In this document: one piece after another, positions 19,309 through 28,688 of the stretch
Numbering within the stretch: the first letter of the stretch is position 1
How the letters are laid out: the number at the start of each line of letters is the position of its first letter
Source: Deltaproteobacteria bacterium
GTDB taxonomy: Bacteria > Desulfobacterota_D > UBA1144 > Nemesobacterales > CSP1-2
NCBI GenBank assembly: GCA_052390235.1
Contig: JBQTHB010000003.1
Location: 160,001 to 224,000 of the forward strand
DNA length: 64,000 bases
Direction: 5' to 3'
Translations under genes and position numbers: made by a program
The notes under the pieces: model-generated
Told to the model about the DNA's origin: nothing
What the model saw: only the letters and a program-made list of their open reading frames with translations
Databases searched by the model: none

Positions 19309-20328
19309 CTAGGCGAATTGCCTGAGGAATCTCAAATCGTTCTCGAAGAATAGCCGGATGTCGTTTATGCCGAATTTGAGCATCGTGATTCGCTCGATTC
19401 CCATACCGAAGGCAAACCCCGTGTACCGCTCCGAGTCGTAATTGACACTGCGAAACACCTCGGGGTCAACCATTCCGCACCCTCCGATTTCAACCCATCC
19501 GGTCATTTTGCACACTCGGCATCCCCTGCCGCCGCAGATGACGCATCTGATGTCCACCTCGGCGCTCGGCTCGGTAAATGGGAAGAAACTCGGCCTTAGC
19601 CGGACTCCGATATTTTCGCCGAACATGAGCCTTACGAACTCCCCAAGTACGCCCTTTAGGTGTCCAAAGGTGATTCCCTCGTCAACCAAAAGCCCCTCAA
19701 TTTGATGAAACATCGGCGAGTGCGATACGTCGCTGTCGCACCGATAGACCTTGCCGGGGGCGATGATTTTCACAGGAGGGGGATGCTTCTCCATGACCCT
19801 GATTTGCACGGGCGAGGTGTGAGTTCTAAGGACAATATCGTCGGAAATATAGAAGGTGTCCTGCATATCGCGCGCCGGATGATTTTTGGGGATGTTGAGG
19901 GCCTCAAAGTTGTAGTAATCGAATTCAATTTCAGGTCCCTCGGCGACCTCAAAACCCATAGCCTCGAAAACGCCGATAATCTCCTCCATCACTTGAGTTA
20001 TAGGGTGTTTCGCTCCTATGGGTGCTCCCCTGCCGGGAAGGGTAATATCCTCGCGCTCGGCGAGAAGATACTGCCTCTTTTTTTCATCTCTTATTTCGAG
20101 AAGCCGCCCTTCGGACAGGGCCTCGATGAGGTTCTTAGCCTCGTTTATGAGCTGTCCCATCTGAGGGCGGTCAGCCTCCGGCACATCGCGCATAGCCTTG
20201 AGCAGGTCCGTGATGAATCCCTTGCGCCCGATGTACTTAGCTTTGAGGTTTTGAAGCGTCGCCTCATCGGGGGCGGAGGCAAAATCCTGCCGAGATTCAT
20301 TTTGCAGCGCTTCTAATTTATCTCTCAT
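19309..20328 (-). CDS. pheS: Phenylalanine-tRNA ligase alpha subunit
   Basis: HPARDMQDTFY, LRTHTS, FHQIEG, FFPFTEPS, FAFGMGIER; GAGGAG RBS. Confidence 0.98.
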   Translation of the reverse strand: MRDKLEALQNESRQDFASAPDEATLQNLKAKYIGRKGFITDLLKAMRDVPEADRPQMGQLINEAKNLIEALSEGRLLEIRDEKKRQYLLAEREDITLPGRGAPIGAKHPITQVMEEIIGVFEAMGFEVAEGPEIEFDYYNFEALNIPKNHPARDMQDTFYISDDIVLRTHTSPVQIRVMEKHPPPVKIIAPGKVYRCDSDVSHSPMFHQIEGLLVDEGITFGHLKGVLGEFVRLMFGENIGVRLRPSFFPFTEPSAEVDIRCVICGGRGCRVCKMTGWVEIGGCGMVDPEVFRSVNYDSERYTGFAFGMGIERITMLKFGINDIRLFFENDLRFLRQFA

Positions 20329-20444
20329 TGCGACGCTCCTCAGGGGAAATTGACCGCAACAAAATATCATAGAATAGAGGGCTACTCAACTATTCCGCCG
20401 CCTCAGGGCTTTAAACCGCACAGCGGCAATGAGATTTTTAGCGC

Positions 20445-21359
20445 CTAATTGACTATAAGCTGGCAGTCCGCCGTATCAACCGCCGCCGCGTCTCTCCTGT
20501 CAACAGCGTCGTCGCCCCCTTGAATAGCGCAATTGCCAGAGGTCATTATCTGCACCCCCGACGTGCCTGTGGCGAGGATGGCGTTCGTGCCTGCGGAGAT
20601 GAACACGTCAACTCCGGTAAGTCTGATGGAAGAGTCGTCCATTGCGTGGATTCCGTTGTTTCTCGATGTTATTGAGAGCGTGGGGACGGAGAGGGAGTTA
20701 AGTATCACGTTTGCGAAATTCTCGCCCACGATGCCGTTGTCGCAATTGACGAGATTTATATCTGCGGCTCTGATATTGACCTCGGAACTGCCAGTGGCTC
20801 TGACGCAGTCGCCGCCAGCGCCGTTGATGGTGAGGTTTGCCTCTGCCTCGTCGAAATCGAATCGTTCAAGCTCGCGTGTGCGGATAGAGCCGATTTGAAT
20901 CTCGAAGGCGTCAATTTCCACATCCGGCGGCATCACGCCTGATAGAACCGAGAGCCGGAGCGTAACATCGCTCGCGGGGGTTACGGTGATGAGCCTATTT
21001 GCGATAAGCCCCATCGCCTCGATTCTGAGATTGACGACTCCCCCGGCCGGCACGGAGAGTTGAAAATCACCGTTTGCGTCGGCTGTATCGCGGCCTGCTT
21101 CAGCCCCGTTCTGAAACGCGGTGATGAGAATGCCCCCAGCAGATTGGGCGTTGGCGGATTTCACGGGTCTGATAACGCCCCTCAGAAAGGCGAGCGCGCC
21201 GGATTGCTCACGCCTCGATTTACCGGCGGCGGATACGATTTGGACATTGCCGCTTATTGTGGTTGTCCCCGCGCGCAGGGCTTCGTTGCCGTCGGCGCAT
21301 CCGAAGAGAAACGACGATGCCAGAGCTAGAGTACATAATCCTAGAAAATGCTTTTTCAT
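20445..21359 (-). CDS. Lipoprotein with Ig-like/carboxypeptidase-regulatory-like domain and beta-helix-like C-terminus
   Basis: Lipobox LFGC; TADANGDFQL; repeated (N/D)(G/A/C)(I/V)xA...S.V.I units; GGAGG RBS. Confidence 0.7.
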   Translation of the reverse strand: MKKHFLGLCTLALASSFLFGCADGNEALRAGTTTISGNVQIVSAAGKSRREQSGALAFLRGVIRPVKSANAQSAGGILITAFQNGAEAGRDTADANGDFQLSVPAGGVVNLRIEAMGLIANRLITVTPASDVTLRLSVLSGVMPPDVEIDAFEIQIGSIRTRELERFDFDEAEANLTINGAGGDCVRATGSSEVNIRAADINLVNCDNGIVGENFANVILNSLSVPTLSITSRNNGIHAMDDSSIRLTGVDVFISAGTNAILATGTSGVQIMTSGNCAIQGGDDAVDRRDAAAVDTADCQLIVN

Positions 21360-21552
21360 AAAATTGCCTCCGTCTATTTCGATGAGTCTTATAGTTCTTA
21401 ACCCTTCGCAAACACCGGAGGTTTCAGCGCGATTCGAGATACGCGAGGCAGGATAAACACTCAAGGGTCAGCAGGGCCGGGCGGATTGTTAAGCGCGTGT
21501 TCGGCGTGTAGTATTAAACCGGTAAATTTATCCCGCATGGAGGCTATCTCAC

Positions 21553-22191
21553 GTGAAATTAGAAGACCTGCTCCAGGACGAAGAAGCCACAAAAGAGGAA
21601 AAAGCCCTTCAGCGCGCCGTTGAGATTGCCGGCAGAGAGTGGGAGAACATCAGAAAATCCCTTTCCCTCCTAGGCGACATCGGCAATTTCTCGGAATCCG
21701 ATTTCATGATAGGAGTGATTGCAAGAGACGTCATAGCAAGGAAACCGCTCCTCAGTCCCACGAAATCCGTCTCCGGTTACTCGCCGACGTTTTATCCAAT
21801 GTATTTAGTGACAAATCTGATAACCATGGACGAAAACCTCGATGCGCGCGGCTACAAAACCACTCACGCCCTTTTTGTCTTCATCGAGCTTGCCACGAAA
21901 GCCTCGGAGCGGCTCGGTCTCGTGGGAACTTTCAGCATGGGATTTGGCAGTGGATACGCCCACTCTCGCACGGGCTGGATTGCCGAAAAGGGCAACCCTC
22001 TGGAGCGGGATATTTTCGCGCGGATGTTTTTTAAGGGCGCAAAAGTTGACTACAATTGGGGATTTCATTGGAATTCGACGGGCGAGAGGCTCAAGCTGAT
22101 ATTCGAGAAATTCATGTCATGGCAGAAGGACGAATCCCTCTACCAAAGCGAGGTCAAATCCAAAGCTGTAGTGAAGCCGATGATGATTTAA
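21553..22191 (+). CDS. Hypothetical protein
   Basis: 212-aa ORF, GGAGG RBS before GTG, soluble composition. Confidence 0.75.
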   Translation: MKLEDLLQDEEATKEEKALQRAVEIAGREWENIRKSLSLLGDIGNFSESDFMIGVIARDVIARKPLLSPTKSVSGYSPTFYPMYLVTNLITMDENLDARGYKTTHALFVFIELATKASERLGLVGTFSMGFGSGYAHSRTGWIAEKGNPLERDIFARMFFKGAKVDYNWGFHWNSTGERLKLIFEKFMSWQKDESLYQSEVKSKAVVKPMMI

Positions 22192-22346
22192 TTTCTGAAT
22201 TTTAGGACAGTGCCGCCGCTCCCCCATGGGCTTAAATCCGTCAGGTTTTCCCGATTATTTATGCGATAAATCAGGGTGCGCCGAGATTCCATCGCCCAGA
22301 GCCGCAGAATTGTCAACCCCCCCAAACGCCTGTAGAATACCCCTCT

Positions 22347-23159
22347 ATGACTGAGAATATCCCCTGCGCCCTGACAATTGCAGGCTCGGATTCCGGCGGA
22401 GGCGCGGGAATTCAGGCAGACATTAAAACCTTCGGCGCATTCGGCGTTTTCGGTATGTCGGCTATCACCTCGGCGACGGCTCAGAACACAGAATCCGTGC
22501 TTGGAATCAGCGACCTTAACGCTGAATTCGTCGAGCTTCAAATTGATGCAGTCATGAGCGACATCGGCGCGGACGCCGTCAAAACCGGGATGCTCTCAAA
22601 CGGGGCGATAGTCCTCTCGGTTGCGAAAAAAATCAGGGAATACCGAATCGAGCGGCTCGTTGTTGACCCGGTGATGAGGGCGAAGGGCGGCTCGGCTCTG
22701 CTCAAATCCGAGGCCGAGCGCGTACTCATCGAGCATCTCCTGCCGCTTGCGCTGATTGTTACGCCGAACATCCCGGAAGCCGAGGCAATTGCCGGAATCG
22801 AGATTCGCACTTTCTCGGAGATGAAAGAGGCGGCGAGGCGAATAAAATCCCTTGGAGCAGGGTGCGTACTCGTAAAGGGCGGGCATCTGGATGGGAACGA
22901 GGCGGCGGACGTTCTTTTCGATGGCAGGAATTTTTACGAGTTCCGAGCGGAGAGAATTCGGACGAAAAACACCCACGGGACAGGATGCACCTATTCGGCG
23001 GCGATTTGCGCCCTCCTCGCGCGGGGATTTTCCGTGCCGGACGCAGTCGGGGAGGCGAAAAAATATGTTACCTGCGCAATAGCCGCTTCCCTGGAGCTGG
23101 GGCGGGGGCATGGGCCACTGAATCACTTCTGGAAGTTCTGGACGGAAAAGACTGGTTGA
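22347..23159 (+). CDS. thiD: Hydroxymethylpyrimidine/phosphomethylpyrimidine kinase
   Basis: IAGSDSGGGAGIQAD, KTGML, DPVM, TPN, KGGH, THGTGCT. Confidence 0.97.
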   Translation: MTENIPCALTIAGSDSGGGAGIQADIKTFGAFGVFGMSAITSATAQNTESVLGISDLNAEFVELQIDAVMSDIGADAVKTGMLSNGAIVLSVAKKIREYRIERLVVDPVMRAKGGSALLKSEAERVLIEHLLPLALIVTPNIPEAEAIAGIEIRTFSEMKEAARRIKSLGAGCVLVKGGHLDGNEAADVLFDGRNFYEFRAERIRTKNTHGTGCTYSAAICALLARGFSVPDAVGEAKKYVTCAIAASLELGRGHGPLNHFWKFWTEKTG

Positions 23160-23218
23160 AACCACAAATTAATCGCGAATGAGATTCAATAAAATCATGG
23201 CAGAGAGGTTCACGCACA

Positions 23219-24064
23219 ATGGCTCAAATCATTGACGGCAGGGCGGTTGCCGAAAGTGTCAGAAAGAAAGTCGCCGAAGAGGTTTTAGCCCTCAGAGCCG
23301 AGCGGGCAATCGTTCCCGGACTTGCGGCGGTGCTTGTGGGGGAGAACCCCGCATCCCAAATTTACGTGAGAAATAAACGCAAAGCCTGCGAAGAAGCAGG
23401 CATTTACTCAGAGGAGTACAGGCTCCCGCAGGACACTCGGGAGGCGGAGTTGCTGCGGCTCGTCGAGGGTCTAAACCGCGACTCAAAGATTCACGGGATT
23501 CTGATTCAGCTTCCACTGCCGAAGCAAATCAGCGAGACGAAGATTTTAAGAGCCGTCTCCCCGCTCAAGGACATTGACGGATTTCACCCGGAAAACGTGG
23601 GGTATCTGGTCGAGGGCAGTCCGCGATTTATCCCCTGCACGCCGCACGGAATCATGAAAATGCTCGAATTTTACGGGATTGACCCAATGGGAAAAGAATC
23701 GGTCATCGTGGGGCGAAGCAACATCGTGGGCAAACCCGCCTCGCTCCTACTCCTCCACGCTCACTCCACAGTTACCGTCTGCCACTCCCGAACCGCGAAT
23801 CTCGCGGAGGTTACGCGCAGGGGGGATATTCTCATCGCCGCTATCGGCAGGGCGAGATTTATCACTCAGGAGATGGTCAAAGACGGCGCGGTCGTGATAG
23901 ATGTGGGAATCAATCGCCTACCGGACGGCAAGCTCGCAGGAGACGTGGATTTTGAGGGGGTCAGCCAGAAGGCTTCGTATATAACCCCCGTTCCCGGCGG
24001 CGTGGGCCCTATGACGATAGCGATGCTCCTTTGGAACACTCTAACCTCGGCGAAGAATTCATGA
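23219..24064 (+). CDS. folD: Methylenetetrahydrofolate dehydrogenase/cyclohydrolase
   Basis: YVRNK, QLPLP, KDIDG, PCTP, GRSNIVGKP, TPVPGGVGPMT. Confidence 0.98.
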   Translation: MAQIIDGRAVAESVRKKVAEEVLALRAERAIVPGLAAVLVGENPASQIYVRNKRKACEEAGIYSEEYRLPQDTREAELLRLVEGLNRDSKIHGILIQLPLPKQISETKILRAVSPLKDIDGFHPENVGYLVEGSPRFIPCTPHGIMKMLEFYGIDPMGKESVIVGRSNIVGKPASLLLLHAHSTVTVCHSRTANLAEVTRRGDILIAAIGRARFITQEMVKDGAVVIDVGINRLPDGKLAGDVDFEGVSQKASYITPVPGGVGPMTIAMLLWNTLTSAKNS

Positions 24065-24091
24065 TTCAGGATTTAACACCGGACAATCAGA

Positions 24092-24697
24092 ATGCCTAAA
24101 AGAATCGTGCTTGCCTCAGCCTCGCCGAGAAGACGGGAACTGCTCGCAAATCTAGGGATTGAGTTTGACGTAATCCCCTCGCAGATTGATGAAATCCCGA
24201 TAAAGGGCGAGTCCCCAAGGGATTTTGCTATGAGAATCGCCGAGGACAAAGCCCTCTCGGTTGCATCGGCGCTTGATGGGAGCGTTGCCGCAGTTATCGG
24301 AGCGGACACGATAGTCGTGGTTGATGGCGAGATACTGGGCAAACCAAAGGATGCGGACGAGGCGCGTCGGATGCTTCGGAAAATCTCAGGCAGGGCGCAC
24401 ACGGTCATCACGGCATTTTGCATCGCAAGACCCAAATACGAGGTTCTGCGCTCCCGCCACATCGAGACAGAAGTGGTAGTAAAACCGCTTGCGGCGCGGG
24501 AAATTGAAGGTTACATTAAAACCGCAGAGCCTATGGACAAAGCCGGCTCTTACGGGGCGCAGGGGGTCGGGGCGTTTATGATTCGAGAAATCCGAGGCTC
24601 GTTTACGAACGTAGTGGGGCTTCCAGTATCGGAAGTTTTGGAGGCGCTTGGGGAACTTGGCATATTTACACTCTTCGGTGAAAATGAGCATAGCTGA
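24092..24697 (+). CDS. maf: Maf family nucleotide pyrophosphatase
   Basis: LASASPRR, GADTIV, LGKP, DKAGSY, NVVGLP. Confidence 0.95.
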   Translation: MPKRIVLASASPRRRELLANLGIEFDVIPSQIDEIPIKGESPRDFAMRIAEDKALSVASALDGSVAAVIGADTIVVVDGEILGKPKDADEARRMLRKISGRAHTVITAFCIARPKYEVLRSRHIETEVVVKPLAAREIEGYIKTAEPMDKAGSYGAQGVGAFMIREIRGSFTNVVGLPVSEVLEALGELGIFTLFGENEHS

Positions 24698-25379
24698 CAA
24701 TCTGAAATCGGTTAGGGACAGAATCCGCCAAGCCGCTCAGAGAGCCGGAAGAGCCGCTAATGAGATAACTCTCGTCGCCGTATCAAAAGGGGTATCCGCC
24801 GAGAGTATCGCCGAAGCCGCGCGGCATGGCTCTGAGGCATTTGGCGAGAATTACGCTCAGGAACTGCGCGCGAAGCAAACACTCCTCGAAAGGGAGCAGG
24901 TCGGATGGCATTTCATCGGGCGGCTTCAGAGGAACAAGGTAAAATACGTTGTGGGCAGGGTGAAGCTGATACACTCGCTTGCGGATTTTGAAGTCGCCGT
25001 GGAGATTAGCCGCAGGGCTGAGAAACTGGGCAGAGGCAGAGTACCCGTCCTCGTCGAGATAAACATAGCGGGCGATGTGTCAAAAGACGGTATCGCGCCC
25101 GGCGAGGCTGATGGGTTTGTCGGCGCGCTGGGGCAGCTTCCAATGATTGAGCCTAGGGGGTTTATGGCGATGCCGCCGTTTTCTGAGGATGCCGAGGCGT
25201 CGAGGGGGCATTTTAGGCGGCTTCGAGCGCTCAGGGACTCTCTCAGGGAGAAATTCAGGGATTTATCCGAGCTTTCAATGGGAATGAGCGGGGATTTCGA
25301 GGTCGCCATCGAGGAGGGGGCAACGATGGTCAGGGTCGGTTCAGCGATTTTCGGCGCGAGAGAGATGGATAAGGATTAG
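24684..25379 (+). CDS. yggS: PLP homeostasis protein (YggS)
   Basis: VAVSK, FGENYAQE, WHFIGRLQRNK, LSMGMSGD, VRVGSAIFG. Confidence 0.96.
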   Translation: MSIADNLKSVRDRIRQAAQRAGRAANEITLVAVSKGVSAESIAEAARHGSEAFGENYAQELRAKQTLLEREQVGWHFIGRLQRNKVKYVVGRVKLIHSLADFEVAVEISRRAEKLGRGRVPVLVEINIAGDVSKDGIAPGEADGFVGALGQLPMIEPRGFMAMPPFSEDAEASRGHFRRLRALRDSLREKFRDLSELSMGMSGDFEVAIEEGATMVRVGSAIFGAREMDKD

Positions 25380-25477
25380 AGGGATAGGGGCGATGCGAGT
25401 TATCCCGGAGTATAGGTTGTAGGAGAGAGGAGGCTAATTCGCGCCGGTTTGCGGTTAAAGCGCTTAGGGGAAGCATA

Positions 25478-26293
25478 ATGAATAAAATCGGATTCATCGG
25501 CGCGGGCAACATGGCTGAGGCGCTGATAAAAGGGCTTATCGTATCGGGCAGATTCAGCCCCGAAGAAATCCTCATAAACGACGCTCTGGCGGAGAGGGTG
25601 AAACTCATAAGCTCCGAATACGGGGTCAGAGGCGCGTCCAGCAACGGAGAAGTCGCCCGGCTCGCTCGGGTTGTCGTGCTTGCCGTTAAGCCCGCTCACA
25701 TCGAAGGAGTCATCCGAGAGGTCGGTGAATTCCTCAAGCCAGAGCAAATAATCGTTTCAATCGCCGCCGGAGTCAGAACCGAGACAATGACCAAAGCCCT
25801 AGGGCGAGAGTTGAAAATCGCCCGCGTCATGCCCAACACCCCCGCGCTCGCGCTTGCTGGAGCGTCGGGAATTTACTGCAACAGCTCCGTAACCGGCGAG
25901 GAGAGCGAATCGGTAAGGGACATATTCGGGAGCGTAGGGGTCGCGCTCATTGTCGAGAATGAAGACCTCTTAGACGCCGTAACGGGACTTAGCGGAAGTG
26001 GTCCCGCGTTTGCCGCGATTTTTATCGAGGCTCTGGCTGACGGCGGCGTTGCGGCGGGACTTGCGCGAGGCGCGGCGTTGAACCTCGCGGCTCAAACCGT
26101 TTTGGGGACGGCTCGGATGATTATAGAAGGGAAAATCCCTCCGGCAGAGCTAAAGGACAAAGTGGCATCTCCTGCGGGAACTACCATTGAGGGCATAAGA
26201 GAGCTAGAAACCCGCGGATTCAGGGGAAGCGTTATTTCGGCTGTGGTGTCCGCGGCGAGAAAATCGAAAGAACTGTCGAAGGGAGGCAAATGA
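25478..26293 (+). CDS. proC: Pyrroline-5-carboxylate reductase
   Basis: GFIGAGNM, LAVKP, RVMPNTP, SGSGPA, SPAGTT. Confidence 0.97.
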   Translation: MNKIGFIGAGNMAEALIKGLIVSGRFSPEEILINDALAERVKLISSEYGVRGASSNGEVARLARVVVLAVKPAHIEGVIREVGEFLKPEQIIVSIAAGVRTETMTKALGRELKIARVMPNTPALALAGASGIYCNSSVTGEESESVRDIFGSVGVALIVENEDLLDAVTGLSGSGPAFAAIFIEALADGGVAAGLARGAALNLAAQTVLGTARMIIEGKIPPAELKDKVASPAGTTIEGIRELETRGFRGSVISAVVSAARKSKELSKGGK

Positions 26294-26601
26294 TGTTTAT
26301 TCTCGGAAATTTCGTTATGGCTATAGCGCTTGCCATGCACTTTATTCTGTATTTGTATATGTGGATTATTATTATTAGGGCGCTTATGTCGTGGGTGAAT
26401 CCCGACCCCTATAACCCTATTGTGAACTTTCTCTACAGGGCGACGGAGCCTGTGCTGCAGTATGTAAGAGGGATTATTCCCCCGCTTGCAGGGATTGACC
26501 TCTCGCCGATAGTGGTATTCGTGGCGATTTATTTCCTAGATACGTTTCTCGTGGGAAGCCTTCAGGAGATAGGACTCAGGCTCAAAAGCGGAACTCTGTA
26601 A
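26290..26601 (+). CDS. yggT: YggT family membrane protein
   Basis: SWVNPDPYNPIV, TEPVL, IDLSP. Confidence 0.93.
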   Translation: MMFILGNFVMAIALAMHFILYLYMWIIIIRALMSWVNPDPYNPIVNFLYRATEPVLQYVRGIIPPLAGIDLSPIVVFVAIYFLDTFLVGSLQEIGLRLKSGTL

Positions 26602-26640
26602 AAAAAGCGGACGACGAGTTATTTTATCCCGCCGCCCGCT
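26600..26640 (-). terminator. Intrinsic terminator of the glycine-zipper gene, possibly bidirectional
   Basis: Minus strand AGCGGGCGGCGGG...CTCGTCGTCCGCTTTTTTT. Confidence 0.75.
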
Positions 26641-26686
26641 CAAATCGCAATCTTCAATATCCATTTAATAGTAATCGAATAGGGCG

Positions 26687-27115
26687 TTAACCGGCGTCGC
26701 AGACCTCTTTGACTTCATCCCTCACGAGTTTGCCGTCCTGCCAGATTCTCTCGCGCACTTTGTGGCAATTAGTATTGGAATTATAGGCAACCGGAGTCGC
26801 CTCGACCCTCTGGAATCCGTCGTTGCTCTGATACACCACGGGACGCCCCTCAGCCGCCGCCTCGCGCGCCGCTCTGGACGAGATTTCAGTGATGGTGCCG
26901 CCGATAGCCGCCCCAATCAGCCCGCCGATAGCCGCTCCGCGCCACCTGTTTTTTCTATCTATCAGCAATCCTGCAACTGCTCCTAAGCCTGCTCCCACGC
27001 CTGCGCCTTCATAAGTGCGCTGAGTGGTAACGCATGAGGTCAGCATCGAAGCCCCTCCGATAGCGCCGACGAAAAAGGTTACGGATAGAAATAGGGAAAT
27101 GGCTCTATTTTTCAT
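26687..27115 (-). CDS. Glycine-zipper lipoprotein
   Basis: Lipobox LTSC; GAGVGAGLGAVAG...GAAIGGLIGAAIGG; C-terminal Cys pair. Confidence 0.85.
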   Translation of the reverse strand: MKNRAISLFLSVTFFVGAIGGASMLTSCVTTQRTYEGAGVGAGLGAVAGLLIDRKNRWRGAAIGGLIGAAIGGTITEISSRAAREAAAEGRPVVYQSNDGFQRVEATPVAYNSNTNCHKVRERIWQDGKLVRDEVKEVCDAG

Positions 27116-27196
27116 CTTACTTCACACTCCTCCACGTTGTATTTACTTGTAAATATTAAACTCCAATCTTCAGAAAAGGTAACAGCCTAGATAAAA

Positions 27197-28681
27197 TCAC
27201 GGGAAAGCCCGCTCAAAGAACCTCAGCGCATGGGCGGAATCAAACCCCTCAAAGCCGAACCGGGATAGCGCGTCGGAAAAGGTCAGCCTCCCCCCCTCGC
27301 GCCACAGTTCTCGGAGGAAATTGCCCGCCGCGTCCCCCGCCCTCCACCACTGCTCGTCGTAGCGGTTCACAAGGGCGGCTGAGGCGGCAAATACGCCAAT
27401 CTCCGCCCTAAAGCGCGTTGCCGAATGAAAACACCGCGCAACCGGGGCGAGATAATCCTCTTGGCAATGCTCTGCCAATGTGGCGTTTTTAAGGGTCTCT
27501 TTATAGAAATCCACTTTCTCATAAAAATCCCTATCGCCGTAGAGCGTATGCTCGTAAATCGCCTCTCCCGCCGCAAGCCTCAACCGCGCAAGCCTTCTTA
27601 GACACAGGAATTGAAAAAAGTCCCTGTCCACATCGGCGCGCAGGTAACGGGTTATCCACCTCGGCTCGTGAACCAGATTTGCAAAGAGCGCGGAGAACAG
27701 CTCGACCAAGGCGGCATCCCTCAGCCATCTAAACTCAAAGGCGTCTTGAGTATCCCCTCCGGCATAGACGAGCGATGCCCCCATGCTTCGGAAATACGAG
27801 TCGTAATCGTCAATCCCTCCAGCCGGATAAATGGATAAGGCAACCGAGCGGGGCGGGTCAAGCAAGGCTATGAACGGCTCCGAAATTTTGCCCTTTCGCG
27901 CTGTAGTGTCGGGCTTAATATTTGCCCCGATATGAATCCCGGTTTCGGCGAAGAGGGCTTTGGCGAGCTTGGGCAAATCCGATGCCGAGAAATTATCGCG
28001 AAGCTCAAAGGAGTTGAGGAGAAAATCTAAGTCCCGGCGTTTTACGTCCCTCGGCTTGATTTCCATTCGCCGCAGGAAAAACCAGCCGAGCAAATCCCGG
28101 TACACATATTCTGTGTCGCCGAGAAACCGCGCCGCTTCTGTGATGAGTCCCTCTAGGTTAAGGCTGCGGGTTTCATCGGCGAGGGCGGCTAAATTTGCGT
28201 ACCCAAGTCGCTCAGCCGCAGACTGAGAGGCGTTAAATAAATCGGCGTAATGGGGAGTGAATTTTAAAACCGCGGCAGACCTCTGAGCGTCTATTTCCTC
28301 TCTTTTGCGGCTTTTCGGCTCTCTTTTTATCTCGGCAGGGGCGCTCCGGTAGGCGAGGGTTCTGCGATTTAGAGTCAGATTCTCCAGGCTTTCGGCGGCG
28401 TTGATCTTATCCGAAACGGCGGCGGTTTTACTCCCCAAATAGGCGCGGGCGAGAAAATCGAGAATTAACCTGCGTATCGCCGCATCGGACTTAACGGCGG
28501 ACTCCGAATCCCTGAATTCAATGAAATAGTCAGGCTCGCCGAACAGTGGATAATCGCGGTAAATATGGGCTAGGGCGGTTTCCGCGCTCAATCCCGCTAA
28601 ATTTTGATAAAGCTCCGCGTTTATGGATTTTAAGAACCCGCCGCCCTGCCTACGAATCTCGGTTATTGTAAAATCGCTCAT
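27197..28681 (-). CDS. Peptidase M3/M32-like alpha-helical protein lacking the HExxH motif
   Basis: AERLGY, RKGK..P, P.GG.DDY..F, EFRWL.D.AL.E, RYDEQWWR..AG.FLRELW.EG motifs; RSMGA at the HExxH position. Confidence 0.6.
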   Translation of the reverse strand: MSDFTITEIRRQGGGFLKSINAELYQNLAGLSAETALAHIYRDYPLFGEPDYFIEFRDSESAVKSDAAIRRLILDFLARAYLGSKTAAVSDKINAAESLENLTLNRRTLAYRSAPAEIKREPKSRKREEIDAQRSAAVLKFTPHYADLFNASQSAAERLGYANLAALADETRSLNLEGLITEAARFLGDTEYVYRDLLGWFFLRRMEIKPRDVKRRDLDFLLNSFELRDNFSASDLPKLAKALFAETGIHIGANIKPDTTARKGKISEPFIALLDPPRSVALSIYPAGGIDDYDSYFRSMGASLVYAGGDTQDAFEFRWLRDAALVELFSALFANLVHEPRWITRYLRADVDRDFFQFLCLRRLARLRLAAGEAIYEHTLYGDRDFYEKVDFYKETLKNATLAEHCQEDYLAPVARCFHSATRFRAEIGVFAASAALVNRYDEQWWRAGDAAGNFLRELWREGGRLTFSDALSRFGFEGFDSAHALRFFERAFP

Positions 28682-28688
28682 GACACTT

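Noticed and set aside
22200..22340. Possible riboswitch upstream of thiD (AGGGTGCGCCGAGAT resembles the TPP 5' end; minus-strand GGCGATGG resembles the fluoride riboswitch)
   Set aside because: The TPP 3' half is absent and thiD looks leaderless; the minus-strand match has a broken P1 and no downstream gene
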